Shown here: positions 34,405 to 46,947 of the stretch, one piece after another
How the letters are laid out: each line of letters begins with the position of its first letter
Numbering within the stretch: the first letter of the stretch is position 1
NCBI GenBank assembly: GCA_016748015.1
Contig: JAAOMT010000384.1
Location: 211,263 to 275,262, forward strand
Direction of reading: 5' to 3'
From: Geosiphon pyriformis uo1
Taxonomy: Eukaryota; Fungi; Glomeromycota
DNA length: 64,000 nt
Program-made: the position numbers and the translations under genes
Notes under the pieces: model-generated
Databases searched by the model: none
What the model was told of the DNA's origin: nothing
What the model saw: the letters and a program-made list of their open reading frames with translations, nothing else

Positions 34405-37400
34405 ATATTTTCAGAAGAACCTTTGACAGAAAACCTAGCAAGAAAGCAAAATACAGTTATTGGTGGCATGGCCCTTATGCATGGTGCTGGTGCAATAAAC
34501 CTTTGTATTTACCAAGTGATGAATGCAAATCTTGTCTAATCTACTACAAAGATTGGGAACCAATTAGCTTAATACTTCGAAAAGAACTTAAAAAAGTACA
34601 AAAGACCTTTGAGAATGAACCACCTGAAATCTAATTACTAGTTGTAGAACAAAGAAAATCTTCCCCTGAAGAAAGAAAAGTGGACATTGAAAATCTGTTG
34701 GCTAGAAATAGCCCAGTTATCTCAAAATAAGGTGATATCTCTGGATGAACCCATGTAATACAACACACCATCACCACAAAAGAAACTTATCTCATCCATT
34801 TGAAGCCTTATTAATCCAATAGACACAATGATAAGTTTATTAAGAAAGAGATAAACCAAATGAAAGATCTTGGATTCATACAAGAAACCAAGAGTAAATG
34901 GACTTTCCCAGTTGTAATAGTATCCAAGAAAGATGGAACCCTACACTTCTGTGTTGACTACTGCCAATTAAATGCCATTACTATAAGAGACATATACCCA
35001 CTTCTCAAGATTGATGCAATGCTAAATAAATTCAATGGTGCTGTTTTCTTCTCAACTATTGATTTAACTGCTAAATTCTGGCAAGTAGAAATGGATCCAA
35101 AAAGTAGAAAAAAAACTGCCTTTATCACCAAGTATGGCACCTATGAATTCATAGTCATGCTTTTTGGTCTTACCAATACTCTTTTCACTTTTCAATGCCT
35201 AATAGATAAAGTGTTTGAATCAGTAAAAAAAAACTTTGTTCTGGTTTACTTGGATGATATAATTGTATATTCAAAAATCTGGAATGAACATCTTGAACAT
35301 TTACAAAAGATTTTTGACCTGCTCAGAAATGTTGGCCTTAAAATCAACCCAATCAAATTTTTCTTTGGACACCAATCCACCCAGTTCCTTGGTCATCTTA
35401 TTACAAAAGATGGAATTTTCTCTGACCCAGCCAAAGTTAAAAAAGTTCAGAACATTAGACAACTAATAAATATTCCTAAACTACACTCTTTCTTTGGTTT
35501 GGCCTCTTATTATTGCAAATTTATTAAGAATTTTTCCAAAATTGCCTTTCCTCTCAATTAGCTATTCAGGAAAAATGTCAATTATCACTGGGGCACTCAT
35601 CAACAAAAAGCTTTTGAATTTTTGAAGGAAAAACTTGTTACTGAACCAATTCTCAAACAACCTGATTTGGACCAATCTTTTATCTTCTACACTGATGCAT
35701 TTGGCTATGGACTTGGGTCTGTCCTTTCACAGAAAGATAAAAATGGTAGAGAACATGCCATAGCATATGCCAGTAGATTTCTCATACCAGCAGAAAAGAA
35801 CTATTCAGTTACTGAACAGGAATGCTTAGCAGTAGTTTGGACTACTAGCTACTGGGATCAATATCTTCTTGGTGCAAAATTCTTAGTAGTAACAGATCAT
35901 CAAGTCTTGGTTTGGCTGTACAAAAAAAAGAAGCTGGAACACAAGTGAATAACTCACTGAATACTCTACTTGGATGAATTTGACTATGATATTCAACACC
36001 ACAAAAGAACAAATTATCAAAATGCCAATGCTCTCTCTAGACTTACTATCTAGTGATAGTACAACTTCTCAAACCAAACCAACTTAATCATTAGTAACTT
36101 CTTCACAAACAAACACAATAATGGACTTGAACAACTACTCTGCCTTAATAGAATTTTTGGGTAAAAGACAATACCCACCTGAATACACTTAACAGCAAAG
36201 AGAACATTTGTGCAAACAATCAAATTTCTATTTGATCCACCAGAACCAATTATACAAAAGAAACAGAAAAGATCTTGACTGCTCTCAGAGAGTCATCAGA
36301 TTTGAAGAAAGAGAAATTGTAATATACAACATGCACACTGACCCATTAGCTGGACACTTTGAAAATACAAAAACAAATTAGAAAACTTTAGCTTGTTATT
36401 ATTGGCCTACCTTGGGAAAAGACATTGCTGAATACATCAAAACCTGTGACATCTGCCAAAAAAAAGGCAAACTCAATCACAAAGAAGATATCCATCTAAT
36501 CTCTGTTGGTCAACCATTTGACAGAATTGGTATAGATGTTGTTGGACCTTTAACAATCACTCCTGATGGCAACAGATATATTATCACAGCTACTGACTAT
36601 CTTACAAAGTGAGTAGAAGCAAGAGCCACCCCAGACCAAACAGCAGTCTCAATAGCCAATTTCATTTATGAAGATATCATTTGCTGTTATGGCTGCCTCA
36701 AAGAACTTTTATCTGATAACTTTGTAAAAAAATGGGAATACATTATAAACTTTCCTCTTTTTATTACCCCTAAACAAATGGCCTAGTGAAACGTTTCAAT
36801 AGAACATTATGTGAAACCCTAGCCAAAACCAGTGAAGAAACAAACTTATAAGACAAAGTACTGCCTTTAGCTTTGTTTGCTTATAGAACTGTGAATCATG
36901 ACATAACAAGTTATGAATCTTTTTATCTGCTCTATGAACACATGGCAACACTACCAATAAAAACTGACATTGAAACAATATCTTTTAAAAAGATCACAAT
37001 AAGAAATTACAAAGACATTTTGCAAAGAAAACTTGGTACCATTCTTGACTCCTTGGTAGAAGCATGAATAATTGCTTTTGAAAAGATAAAACAGTTCCAA
37101 AAAAAGCTTAAGAAAAAGAAAACCTATAAAACACTTTCTTTAAGTATTGGTGACTTGGTACTAGAATACCATTCTGACAGAGACAATGTTTATGGTGATA
37201 AATTTTCTAGCTGGTGGAAAGGACTTTTTATAGTCAACAAAGTTTTGAACAATGGTTCTTATATTCTTTAAGATCAATTCAGAACAATCTTTAATGATCA
37301 TTCTGTTCATGATACATGACTTAAGAAATATTATAAACGATCTGATTGGCTGCCTGTTATAATAATACCAACTCAAATGATCAGCAAAAATCAAGTATAA

Positions 37401-38694
37401 ATAAATGCACTATTCCCAAAATAGAGGTATCTTCAATTGACATGAACAATTATTTTTTGGATCAAAACATTCAAAATGTCTTCTATACTCTTCATGAGTA
37501 TTGGATCAAAAACTATCCAAATGCTACTCTGACTATTGGAAAACAAACCACCATAACTAATAACAATAGAACACATACTGTTATTAGACCAAAGAAAACT
37601 ACTACCAGAAGAGAAAGAATTGGTAGTAAAATGGATAAATATCTGTTGGAAAGTATAACAGCAGTTATACTTTCACCTTCCAACACAATTGGAAAAACAC
37701 TTCAAAAAATTTTATCTATAGACAAAAACTTGTCAATTAGAACTCTATGGTCACCTTGGTAAAATCATAAAGAATATAAAACTCATGAAGAAAACAACTT
37801 CAGAAATACAGACAGAAATTTTGGGCATTATATGGTTAGATGTCTCAAGAGTTTTAATTATTGCTAAAAGAGCCAAAACTTTAATACAAAGATTTAGTCT
37901 CTTGAATACAAAACTTATTTTGCCAAGTGTTATATACTTTATTCACAAAAGACTTTAACAAACTAGTTAGCTTTGAGTTAGATAAAACCCTTCCAATAGA
38001 TTACATCATAAATAGCTTGATTTTATCAAAGCTCAATCTCTTTGGAGAGGATAATGTTATGGTTGAAACTTATACTTCTTATTAATTATCACATGTATTA
38101 GCCACTGATGTCACATAAATTAGCCACACTATTTTTAGAAAGTGATTATTGACCACTTTTGACAGCTATATAAGCAATAAATCTCTTAGCTGTAGAAAAA
38201 TATGAAAAAATAAAAAAATCAAGGAAATAAAATAAATAAAATAACAACTTTCATCTCAATTATTCTCTTATCACTAAATTTCTCTTTCCCTATCTTCAAG
38301 TATCTAAACATCTTGAGATAAAAGATCACTTGTTGGTTATTTTTTATCCTTTTTCTGAAATGTGTAATTGCAACATTTGAAGATTATTGAATAAAACATA
38401 ACTGAAGAGTACATTTGATACCTGATATTGAATTCTAAGAGTGTTGACATGAGACATAAAATTATACCAGGCATGATCATTTGTTGACAGTACAGACTAT
38501 TCTTCTATCTTCAGATTCCCTGGTTATCTTTTGAAAAGCATAGCAACTGAAATATTTTATGAGACTGATTTCACACATTAAATCCATACTTATTTAATTT
38601 GTTCTTTAAAGTTGAATTCTCTTTGATTTCTTTCATTACTCTACAATTCTGTTTTCCCTTGCTATTTGTTAGCTTGTTATTCCAACCTGTAACA
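34405..38694 (+). mobile_element. pol: Gypsy family B fragment B2 (RT, RNase H, INT, ORF3, PPT, 3' LTR 38055-38694)
   Basis: VYLDD, YTDAFGYG, PFDRIGIDVVGPL, ORF3 from 37442, PPT GGAGAGGATAA 38044-38054. Confidence 0.93.
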
Positions 38695-38865
38695 ATATAT
38701 TAAGTAGCAAAGATAGTGCTAGTGTGTAGTTAGAGCTTTCTATTTGTGATTAGCCACATCTTGTGATTTTGTATTATTGGGTAAACTGGCTTTATAAAAA
38801 TGCCACACTACTGTGGACATAACTAATAAATGACTGGTGTGGCTACACATTAACAAAAAAAAAAA
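38695..38865 (+). mobile_element. ORF1-only element H3, 3' tail and poly(A)
   Basis: Homologous to 25066-25241. Confidence 0.85.
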
Positions 38866-40966
38866 GTAGTTTTGCCATTTCATTAATCTGTTGTTTCAAT
38901 TTATTAATTTCAGCCTTCTATGGCTGGTCTGGATTTTTTTTTGTTGGTCTTTTTTGTTATTTACTTGTAAACCAGCTTTTTGAAACTCATTTAGATTTGC
39001 ATTGTTCTTATTATTAGAAGGGTCTAGTGCTGCTATTTCAGCATATAATCTTCCTTCAAATGCCTTGATGAGTTCTTCTGGTACATTCTTTTTAACATAC
39101 AACTTGGCCAATTGTATGTTGTTGGTAACTTTCTTGGTATTCTCCTCCTTTTTTTTAAGCAAAGTAGGGTATTTTGAGACCAAGTGTCTTATTTGATAAC
39201 AAAAATAGCACCTTTTAGCATCAGTAGGCACTCAATAAACCAATGTGTTCCTAATTATTAAGAGCTTATTGGTAGCATTGTAATGGCTGGTTTTACTATC
39301 AAACCTTATATAAACACAGTCTATTTTGATGTAGTTTTTGCTAGTTCTTGGAATAAAGCAGAATTGAACTTTGATTTGATCCAAGATGATATTCAGATAG
39401 TGAACAGTACAGTTTTATAATAGGCTAATAAGCTTAGCTTTCCAGATTTTTCTTTGTTTAATAATCTTTTGGGTTTTTATTATTAGATAAATTCTAACTG
39501 CATCTTTTTTGATCAGAGTTGATCATTGATTCACAGCTCTAGTTGCTTCTTTTTGGTTGGTAAACTCAACTACTGCTGACTGCCATTTTCCAGCCACTTT
39601 GATTTAGATCTTTTTAACCTCCCTAAATTCTTTTATGGCAGTTCCAACTTCTTTGTCAAAAATACTTAAGAGAATATTTTTAACCAGAATCTTCCTTTGA
39701 CCAGCCATTTGGTTGGCAATGCCATCAGTTGCCATCAAGAATAATTTAATTTTCATATCTACCAAGATTTTTCTAGCTTGATTTTTTCTAGCAATTTGGG
39801 AGAAATTTATTCGAATTTCTTGGTTTTTCATTATTACAGCTCCTAAAAGGTAACTGATATCTCCCAACAGATTGTAAATCCACCCCACCTTTTTTTCTAT
39901 GGTTTTTTCTGGTATGTCTAATATCTGCACAAACAAAACATGTCTCTTGGTGCCATAAACAACAGTTCTTCATCCTTCTTCTTGGTTTGCTTCTATAGAC
40001 ATGGCATTTTTTACAAATAATTTGTTATCTTTTTAGCCTGGGCTTGGACTTGGCACTCTGCTTGAAAGACCTGATTCAGAGTTTTTCATATCTTCTGTAG
40101 TCTCTTCTGAATCGGCCATATTTTTGTTTGTTTCAAATAGATTGTCTATTTGTTTATCAAATTTCTCTGCAAATTTTTCTTTGTTAATCTTGTCCAAAAT
40201 CTCAAAATTGCATTTTTTCAGAGCTGCTTCAATCTGTGCTGCTTTTTTAGCATCTTCAATAGACAGTTTGGATGGTCTATTTAATTTTTTTAGGGACTTT
40301 GAGGCCCTTTTTTCACCAGTTCAAACTTCCATTTGAAATTTATTACTGTTTTTCTTTTTGTTGAACATTAGTTGCAAAACAAAATTGTTGGTTTGGTCTG
40401 TTGTTTTATCAGTAAGTTTCTTTTTAATGACCTGGTTGAATCTCTTTGTTAAGCCTTTTACACTTATTTTTCTTAAGTGTCTGTATTTTTTGTTGGATTT
40501 TTCTTTTAGTCTGTTGCTTATTATTAAAAAAAAGTCACTTACTCTCCAATATAGAGCTGTTCTTTTTGATGTATTGGCAATTCTAAAGGGTGTGTTGTCT
40601 CCACTGCTTGTGTTTACACTTCCAATTATCTCACTGTTATGTTCAAACCTAAATGGAGGTGTTATAGGTCTTGAATTTTCAAATGGTATTGGATTTAATA
40701 CAATTGTATTAATTTCTCTCTTCTATGTATTGATAGTGAAATTTTTTTCCACTTGGTTTTTACAATTGGTAATATTTTTGCTTGTGTTTTTGTTTATAAC
40801 TGTTGTTACTTCACTATTAGTATTGTTGTCAGACATTTTTAAGTCTGTTTTAATAATAAAGTGTACTATAATTAAAGATATTTTTTTGCAAAAAAACTAA
40901 TTTTCTAAATTTGAGGCATAGTAAATATTGTGATAGCAGACAAAGAAAGAAAAAAAATTCTTTTTT
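38866..40966 (-). mobile_element. LINE copy L4, 5' end and ORF1 (older subfamily)
   Basis: CYFCYQIRHLVSK, 5' signature at ~40940-40966. Confidence 0.88.
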
Positions 40967-41274
40967 CTAACAAATAATATTTTATTCCAAGATGTTCAAA
41001 TACTTAAAGATAGGAAAAGGAAAATTAGCAATAAAAGAATAATTGAGATGAAAGTTGTTATTTTATTTATTTTCTTTCTTTGATTCTTATATGCTTTTCT
41101 ATAGCTAAGAGATTTATTGCTTATATAGCTATCAAAAGTGGTCAATAATCAGATCAACAACTAGATTAATGATTAGGTCAATAATTACTATCTAAAAGTA
41201 GAATGGCTAATTATATGACATCAGTGGTTAATACATGTAATAATTAATAAGAAATATAGGTTTCAACTGTAATA
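40967..41274 (-). repeat. Family B LTR, 5' ~310 bp, interrupted by L4
   Basis: Reverse complement of LTR start incl. 12-bp repeats and TATATAA. Confidence 0.85.
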
Positions 41275-43419
41275 ATATAATTTAGTAGTTGATTGACCAC
41301 TTTGTTTTCTTTTTTTTTTCTACTGTTACTTCAAGTTTGGCAGCCATAGCATTCAGTAATTTAATTTCAGTCTTCCATGGCTGGTTTGCTTCTTTTTTTT
41401 GTTGGTCTTTTTTGTTGTTTATTTGTAAACCAGCTTTTTAAGAACCACTTGGGTTTGCATTGTTCCTATTATTAAATAGATTTAGTTCTGCCATTTCAGC
41501 ATATGATCTTCCTCCAAAGGCCTTGATGAGTTCTTCTGGTACATTTTTTCTGACATACAACTTGGCTAATTATATGTTGTTAGTAACTTTCTTGGTATTC
41601 TCCTTCTTTTTTTTAAGTAAAATAAGACATTTTAAGACTAAATGTTCTATTTGATAACAAAAATAACACTTTTTAGCATTAGTAAGTACTCAGTAAACCA
41701 ATATGTCTCTGATTACCAAGGGCTTATTGATAGCATTATAATGACTGGCTTCACTATCAAATCCTATATAAACACAGTCTATTCTAATGTAATTCTTGCT
41801 AGTTCTTGGAATAAAGCAGAATCAGACTTTGATTTGATTCAGAGTAGTGCTTAGATAGTGGACAATACAATTTTGTGGTAAGCCAACAAGCTTAGCTTTC
41901 CAGGTTTTTCTCTGTTCAATGATTTTTTAGATTTCTATCATTGAGTATATTCTAACTGCATTTTTTCTGATCAAAATCGATTATTGGTTTACAGTTCTAG
42001 TTGTCCTTTCTTGGTTGTTAAATTCAACTACTACTGACTGCCATTTTCCAGTCACTTTGGTTTGGACTTTTTTAACCTTTCCAAATTCTTTCATGGCAGC
42101 TCCAACTTCTCTGTCAGAAATACCTAAGAGAATATCTCTAACCAGAATCTTTTTTTGACCAGCCATTTGGTTAACAATGTTATCAGTTGCCATCAAGAAT
42201 AATTCAATTTTTATATCTGCTAGGATCTTTCTAGCTTGATCTTTTTTAGCAATTTGGAAGAAGTCTATTTAAATTTCCTGGTTTTTTATCATCACAGCTC
42301 TTAAGAGGTAATTGACATTCCCTAACAGATTGTAAATCCATCCCATCTTTTTCTCATGTTTTTTTTTGGTATGTCCAATATCTGTACAAAAAGCACATAT
42401 CTCTTGGTTCTATAAACAACAATTCTTTATCTTTTTTCTTGATTTGCTTCCATAGACATGGTATTTTTTTCAAATGATTTGCTACTCTATTGGCCTGAAC
42501 TTGGACTTGACACTCTGCTTAAAAGACTTGATTCAGAGTTTTTCATGTCTTTTACAGTTTCTTTTAGATTGGCCATATCTTTGTTTATTTCAAATGAATT
42601 GTTCATTTGCTTATCAAATTTCTCTACAGATTTTCATTTGTTAATCTTATCCAAAATCTCAGAATTGCATTTTTTCAAAGCTGCTTTGATCTGTGCTGTT
42701 CTTCTAATATCTTCCTTGGGCAATTTGGATAGTCTATTCAATTTCTTTAAGAACTTTGAGGCCCCCTTTTTACCAGTTCAAGCTTCTATTTGAAACTTAT
42801 TATTGTTTCCTTTTTTGTTAAACATTGGCTGCAAGACAAAATTGTCAGTTTGGTTTGTTGTTTTATCAATAAGTTTTTCTTCAATGACTTGGTTAAATTT
42901 CTTTGTTAAGCCTTTTATACTTATTTTTTTTAAATGTCTGTATTTTTTGTTGGGTTTTTTTTCTAGTCTATTGCCTATTAGTGAAAAAAAATCAGCCACT
43001 TTCTAATGTAAAGCTGTTTTTTTTGATATATTAGCAATTCTAAAAAGTGTGTTATCTCCACTACTTGTATTTACACTTCTAATTGTCCCACTGCAATGTT
43101 CAAACCTAAATGCAGATGTTATAGGTCTTGTATTTTCAAATGTTGCTGGGTTTGGTATGATTGTGTTATTTTTTTCTTTTTTTATATTAACAGTGAAATT
43201 TTTTTCCATTTGGTTTTTATAATTGGTGGTATTTTTGTTTGTACTTCTGTTTGTGACTGTTGTTACTTTACTATTAGTATTGTTATCAGACACTTTTAAG
43301 TCTGTTATAATAATAAAGTGCACTATAATTAAAAATATTTTTTTGCAAAAAAACTAATTTTCTAAATTTGAGACATAATAAATAATATAGTAACAAACAA
43401 AAAGAGAAAAAAGTTTTTT
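41275..43419 (-). mobile_element. LINE copy L5, 5' end and ORF1 (older subfamily)
   Basis: ILVRDILLGISDREVGAAMKEFG, 5' signature at ~43400-43419. Confidence 0.88.
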
Positions 43420-43422
43420 CCT

Positions 43423-45238
43423 CTACCAATTTTTTCTTTTCTGGTAGTGGTTTTCTTTGGTTAATAACAGTATGTATTCTACTGTTATTAGTTATAGTAG
43501 TCTGTTTTCTAATAATTAGGATAGTATTTGGATAATTTTTGATCCAATACTCATGGAGAGTATAAAAAGCATTTTGAATGTTTTAATTCAGAAAATAATT
43601 GTTCATGTAATTGAAAATACTTCTGTTTTGGGAATGATACATTTATTTATACCTGATTTTTGCTAATCATTTGGGTCAGTATTACTACAACAAATAACCA
43701 ATTTGATTATTTGTAATATTTTTTGAGTCATGTACTATGAACAAAATAATTATTAAAAATTGTTTCATATTAATCTTTTAAGATATAAAAATTATTATTC
43801 AAAACTTTGTTGACTATAAAAAGTTCTTTCTACTGGCTAGAAAACTTATTACTATTGATATTGTCTCTGTCTGAGCAATATTTCAAAACTAAGTTATTAA
43901 CACTTAAGAAAAGTATTTTATAGGTTTTCTTTTTTTTAAGCTTTTTTTAAAACAGTTTTATCTTTTCAAAGACAATTATTTGTGCTTCTATCAAGGAGTC
44001 AAAAATGGTACCAAGTCTTCTTTGCAAAATGTTTTTGTAATTTCTTATTGTGATTTCTGTAAAAAGTATTGTTTCAATATTAGTTTTTATTAATAGAGTT
44101 GCTATTTACTTATAAAACAGATAAAAAAATTCATAACTTGTTATGTCATAATTCACAGTCCTATAAGCAAACAAGATTGAAGACAATACTTTGTCTCATA
44201 AGTTTGTTTTTTTATTGGTTTTGGCTAATGTTTTATATAGTGTTTTGTTAAAATATTCTATTAAGCCATTTGTTTAAGAGTGGTAAGGAGAAGAAAATTT
44301 ATAACATATTCCTATTTTTCTACAAAGTTTTTCAATTAGTGTACTAAAAAAAGCTCTTTTTCTATCAAATAAAAGTTTTTTGGTACAGCCATGATGACAA
44401 ATGATATCTTTATAAATGAAATTGGCTATTAAGACTACTATTTGGTCTGAAGTGGCTCTTGCTTCTATTCACTTTGTAAGATAGTTGGTAACTGTAATAA
44501 TATATTTGTTGCCATTAAGAATTATTGTTAAAGTTTAACAATATCTATACCAATTCTGTTAAATAATTGACTAACAGAGATTGGATGAATATTTTTTTTA
44601 TAATTGGGGGGTTTTTTTTTTGGCAGATATCACAAATTTTGATGTATTTAGCAATGTTTTTCTCCAAAATAGACCAATAATAGCAAGCTAAGATTTTTTG
44701 AATTGTTTTTTTTTTTCAAGTGTCTAGCTAATGAATTAGTATGCATGTTATAAATCACAATTTCTCTTTCTTCAAATTTAATAACTCTTTGGAGGTGGTC
44801 AGAATCTTTTATAAAGTTGGTTTTGGCAAATCAAATTTCTATTTGATTGTTTATACAAATGTTCTCTTTGTTATCAAGTGTAATCTGGTAGATATTGTTT
44901 TTTACTCAGAAATTCTATTAGTACAGAGTAGTTATTTAAGTCTATTATCATGTTTGGTTAAGGAAGAGTTACTAATAATTAAGTTAATTTGGTTTATAAA
45001 AGTTGTACTATCACTGGATGATAAGTCTGAAAAGAGCATCAGCATTTTGATGATTTGTTTCTTTGCAATGTTGAATGTCATAGTTGAATTCATTCAAGTA
45101 GAGTATTCAATGAGTTATTTTTTTGTGTTTTAGCTTCTTTTTGTTGCATAACCAAACCAAAGTTTAATGATCTGTTATTACTAAAAATTTTACATCAAGA
45201 AAATATTTATTCCAGTAATTAGTAGTCCAAACTACTGC
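43423..45238 (-). mobile_element. Gypsy family B fragment B3 (RNase H end, integrase, ORF3 start), heavily decayed
   Basis: Reverse-complement co-linearity with 58490-60320. Confidence 0.85.
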
Positions 45239-45998
45239 TTTTTTTTATTAACATGTAGACACACTGATTGTTTATTAGTTTGTCTAACAATATAGTTGGC
45301 ACTTTCATAAAGCCAGCTTACCCAATAATACAATATCACAAGATACAGTTAACTATAAGTGAAAAGCTCGAACTACATGCTAATACTATCTTTGCAATCT
45401 AATATATTAAACAAATCTAATTTATATATCTTACTCATAATGCAAACAAGCTTATAATTACTCTTAACAAGACCACTCATCTATTAGCAATCTAATTAAG
45501 ATTAGATTTGATACCAGAAGATTAACTCTTCCATAATTCTATTATTGTATCAAATGTATCATTATAGACTGAGAAATTTTTATTATCATTATCATTATCA
45601 TCATCATCATTATTATCATCATTATTATTATCATCATTATTCATGTCTTTATCTTCAGATATATTAATAAAGCAAACTTTCTTACTTCTTTTCCTAAGAT
45701 CCATCATTTTTTTTGCAGCAAAAAAGCCATAGTACTAACAGTTTTAATTTGGGTTGCTATTCCAATCACACTTTTCTTCAATGTCTCCATTACAACAGGC
45801 AAAGTAGACAGTAATTTAGTAACCAATACAACCAGAAAGCCTATAGACTCAACTAAAGATTTTATTATAAAAGACAGTTCACCAAAATGGGTTTCCAGAA
45901 AAGCCAATTTAGCATTAACAACAGCATCCAAAACAGAGGAAACAACAGACAACAGAGGTGTTAAAGCTTTAAAGGGGCACCAAAAACTGGATCCACAT
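45239..45998 (-). mobile_element. ORF1-only element H4, 3' ~760 bp
   Basis: Poly(T), shared tail, VNAKLAFLETHFGELS coiled coil, acidic tract, FDTIIELW. Confidence 0.85.
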
Positions 45999-46947
45999 TG
46001 TTATTCATAAAGAAAATATATAAAAGAAAATAGTAGAAAAACAGATAAACCAATAAAAAAGTAGTAGTTAATACATTATTACTTATAGAATATAGGAAGT
46101 ATATTAGCATATAAATTAGCCAATCAGAAGTAGCTGTAGTAAATATGGAATTTTAGAATTTCTCTCAAAGGAATTGCAGGATTCCAGAAATTTCAGAAAT
46201 TTCATATAAGAAATTGCAGAATTTCAGAATTTCAGAATTCCTCTCAAAAGAATTGCAGAATTCCAGAAATTCCAGGATTCCTAGTGTAAAAAATTGAAGA
46301 ATTGAGGAATCTTAATTATGTATATATAGTGGTAGTATTAGAAGTAGAAAAGGCAGATCTCTCAGTTTAGATTTGATCTAAGCAACTTTTCTATTTACAA
46401 ACATCAATAAATAATTATTCACTATCTTAATCTATTCTTCACTATCAACATTTTATGTTGATAGTAATTGATACTTAATTACACTGGAACAATAGCTCTT
46501 GATCACAGCTATCGATAAGATACTAATATTTATTGTCTTGACTAAACTTCTTTATTTTATTTTTTTATTTTTTATTTTTTATTTTTTTTATTTTGTTATT
46601 ATGTACAAATTGATTAAAAGATTAAAACACTGAGTTATTGACATCACAAATAGTCTGGTAAAAGACCCAGAAATAAGGGTAGAATTATATATATATTAAC
46701 AGATAGCTTACCAGAAAGACACAACTGCCAGAATAAAACTGGTTACCAAGCTAAGAAAAAAATTAGACAGAATTGTGATTCCAGGAAGCTACAACAAAAT
46801 CACAATTGAATCTTTGTCTATTATACAAAAGACTCAACCAAAACTTTCAAACAAACAATTTTCAGATATTACCAATGTTATCAAGTAAATTAGCACCAAG
46901 TTATGGGTTTGTTATTTGATTTGAGACTCCAATAATCATTTGTAATA
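45999..46947 (+). repeat. 5' LTR of Gypsy C (~949 bp)
   Basis: TGTTAT start at H4 junction, GTAATA (decayed GTAACA) end before TT+TGGTGCTTCCTGTGAAG; CCAAT, TATATATA, AATAAA. Confidence 0.75.

Noticed and set aside
45580-45650. (ATC/ATT)n microsatellite as an independent feature
   Set aside because: It encodes the Asp-rich tract of the half-LINE protein (also 24860-24885 and 25855-25900)
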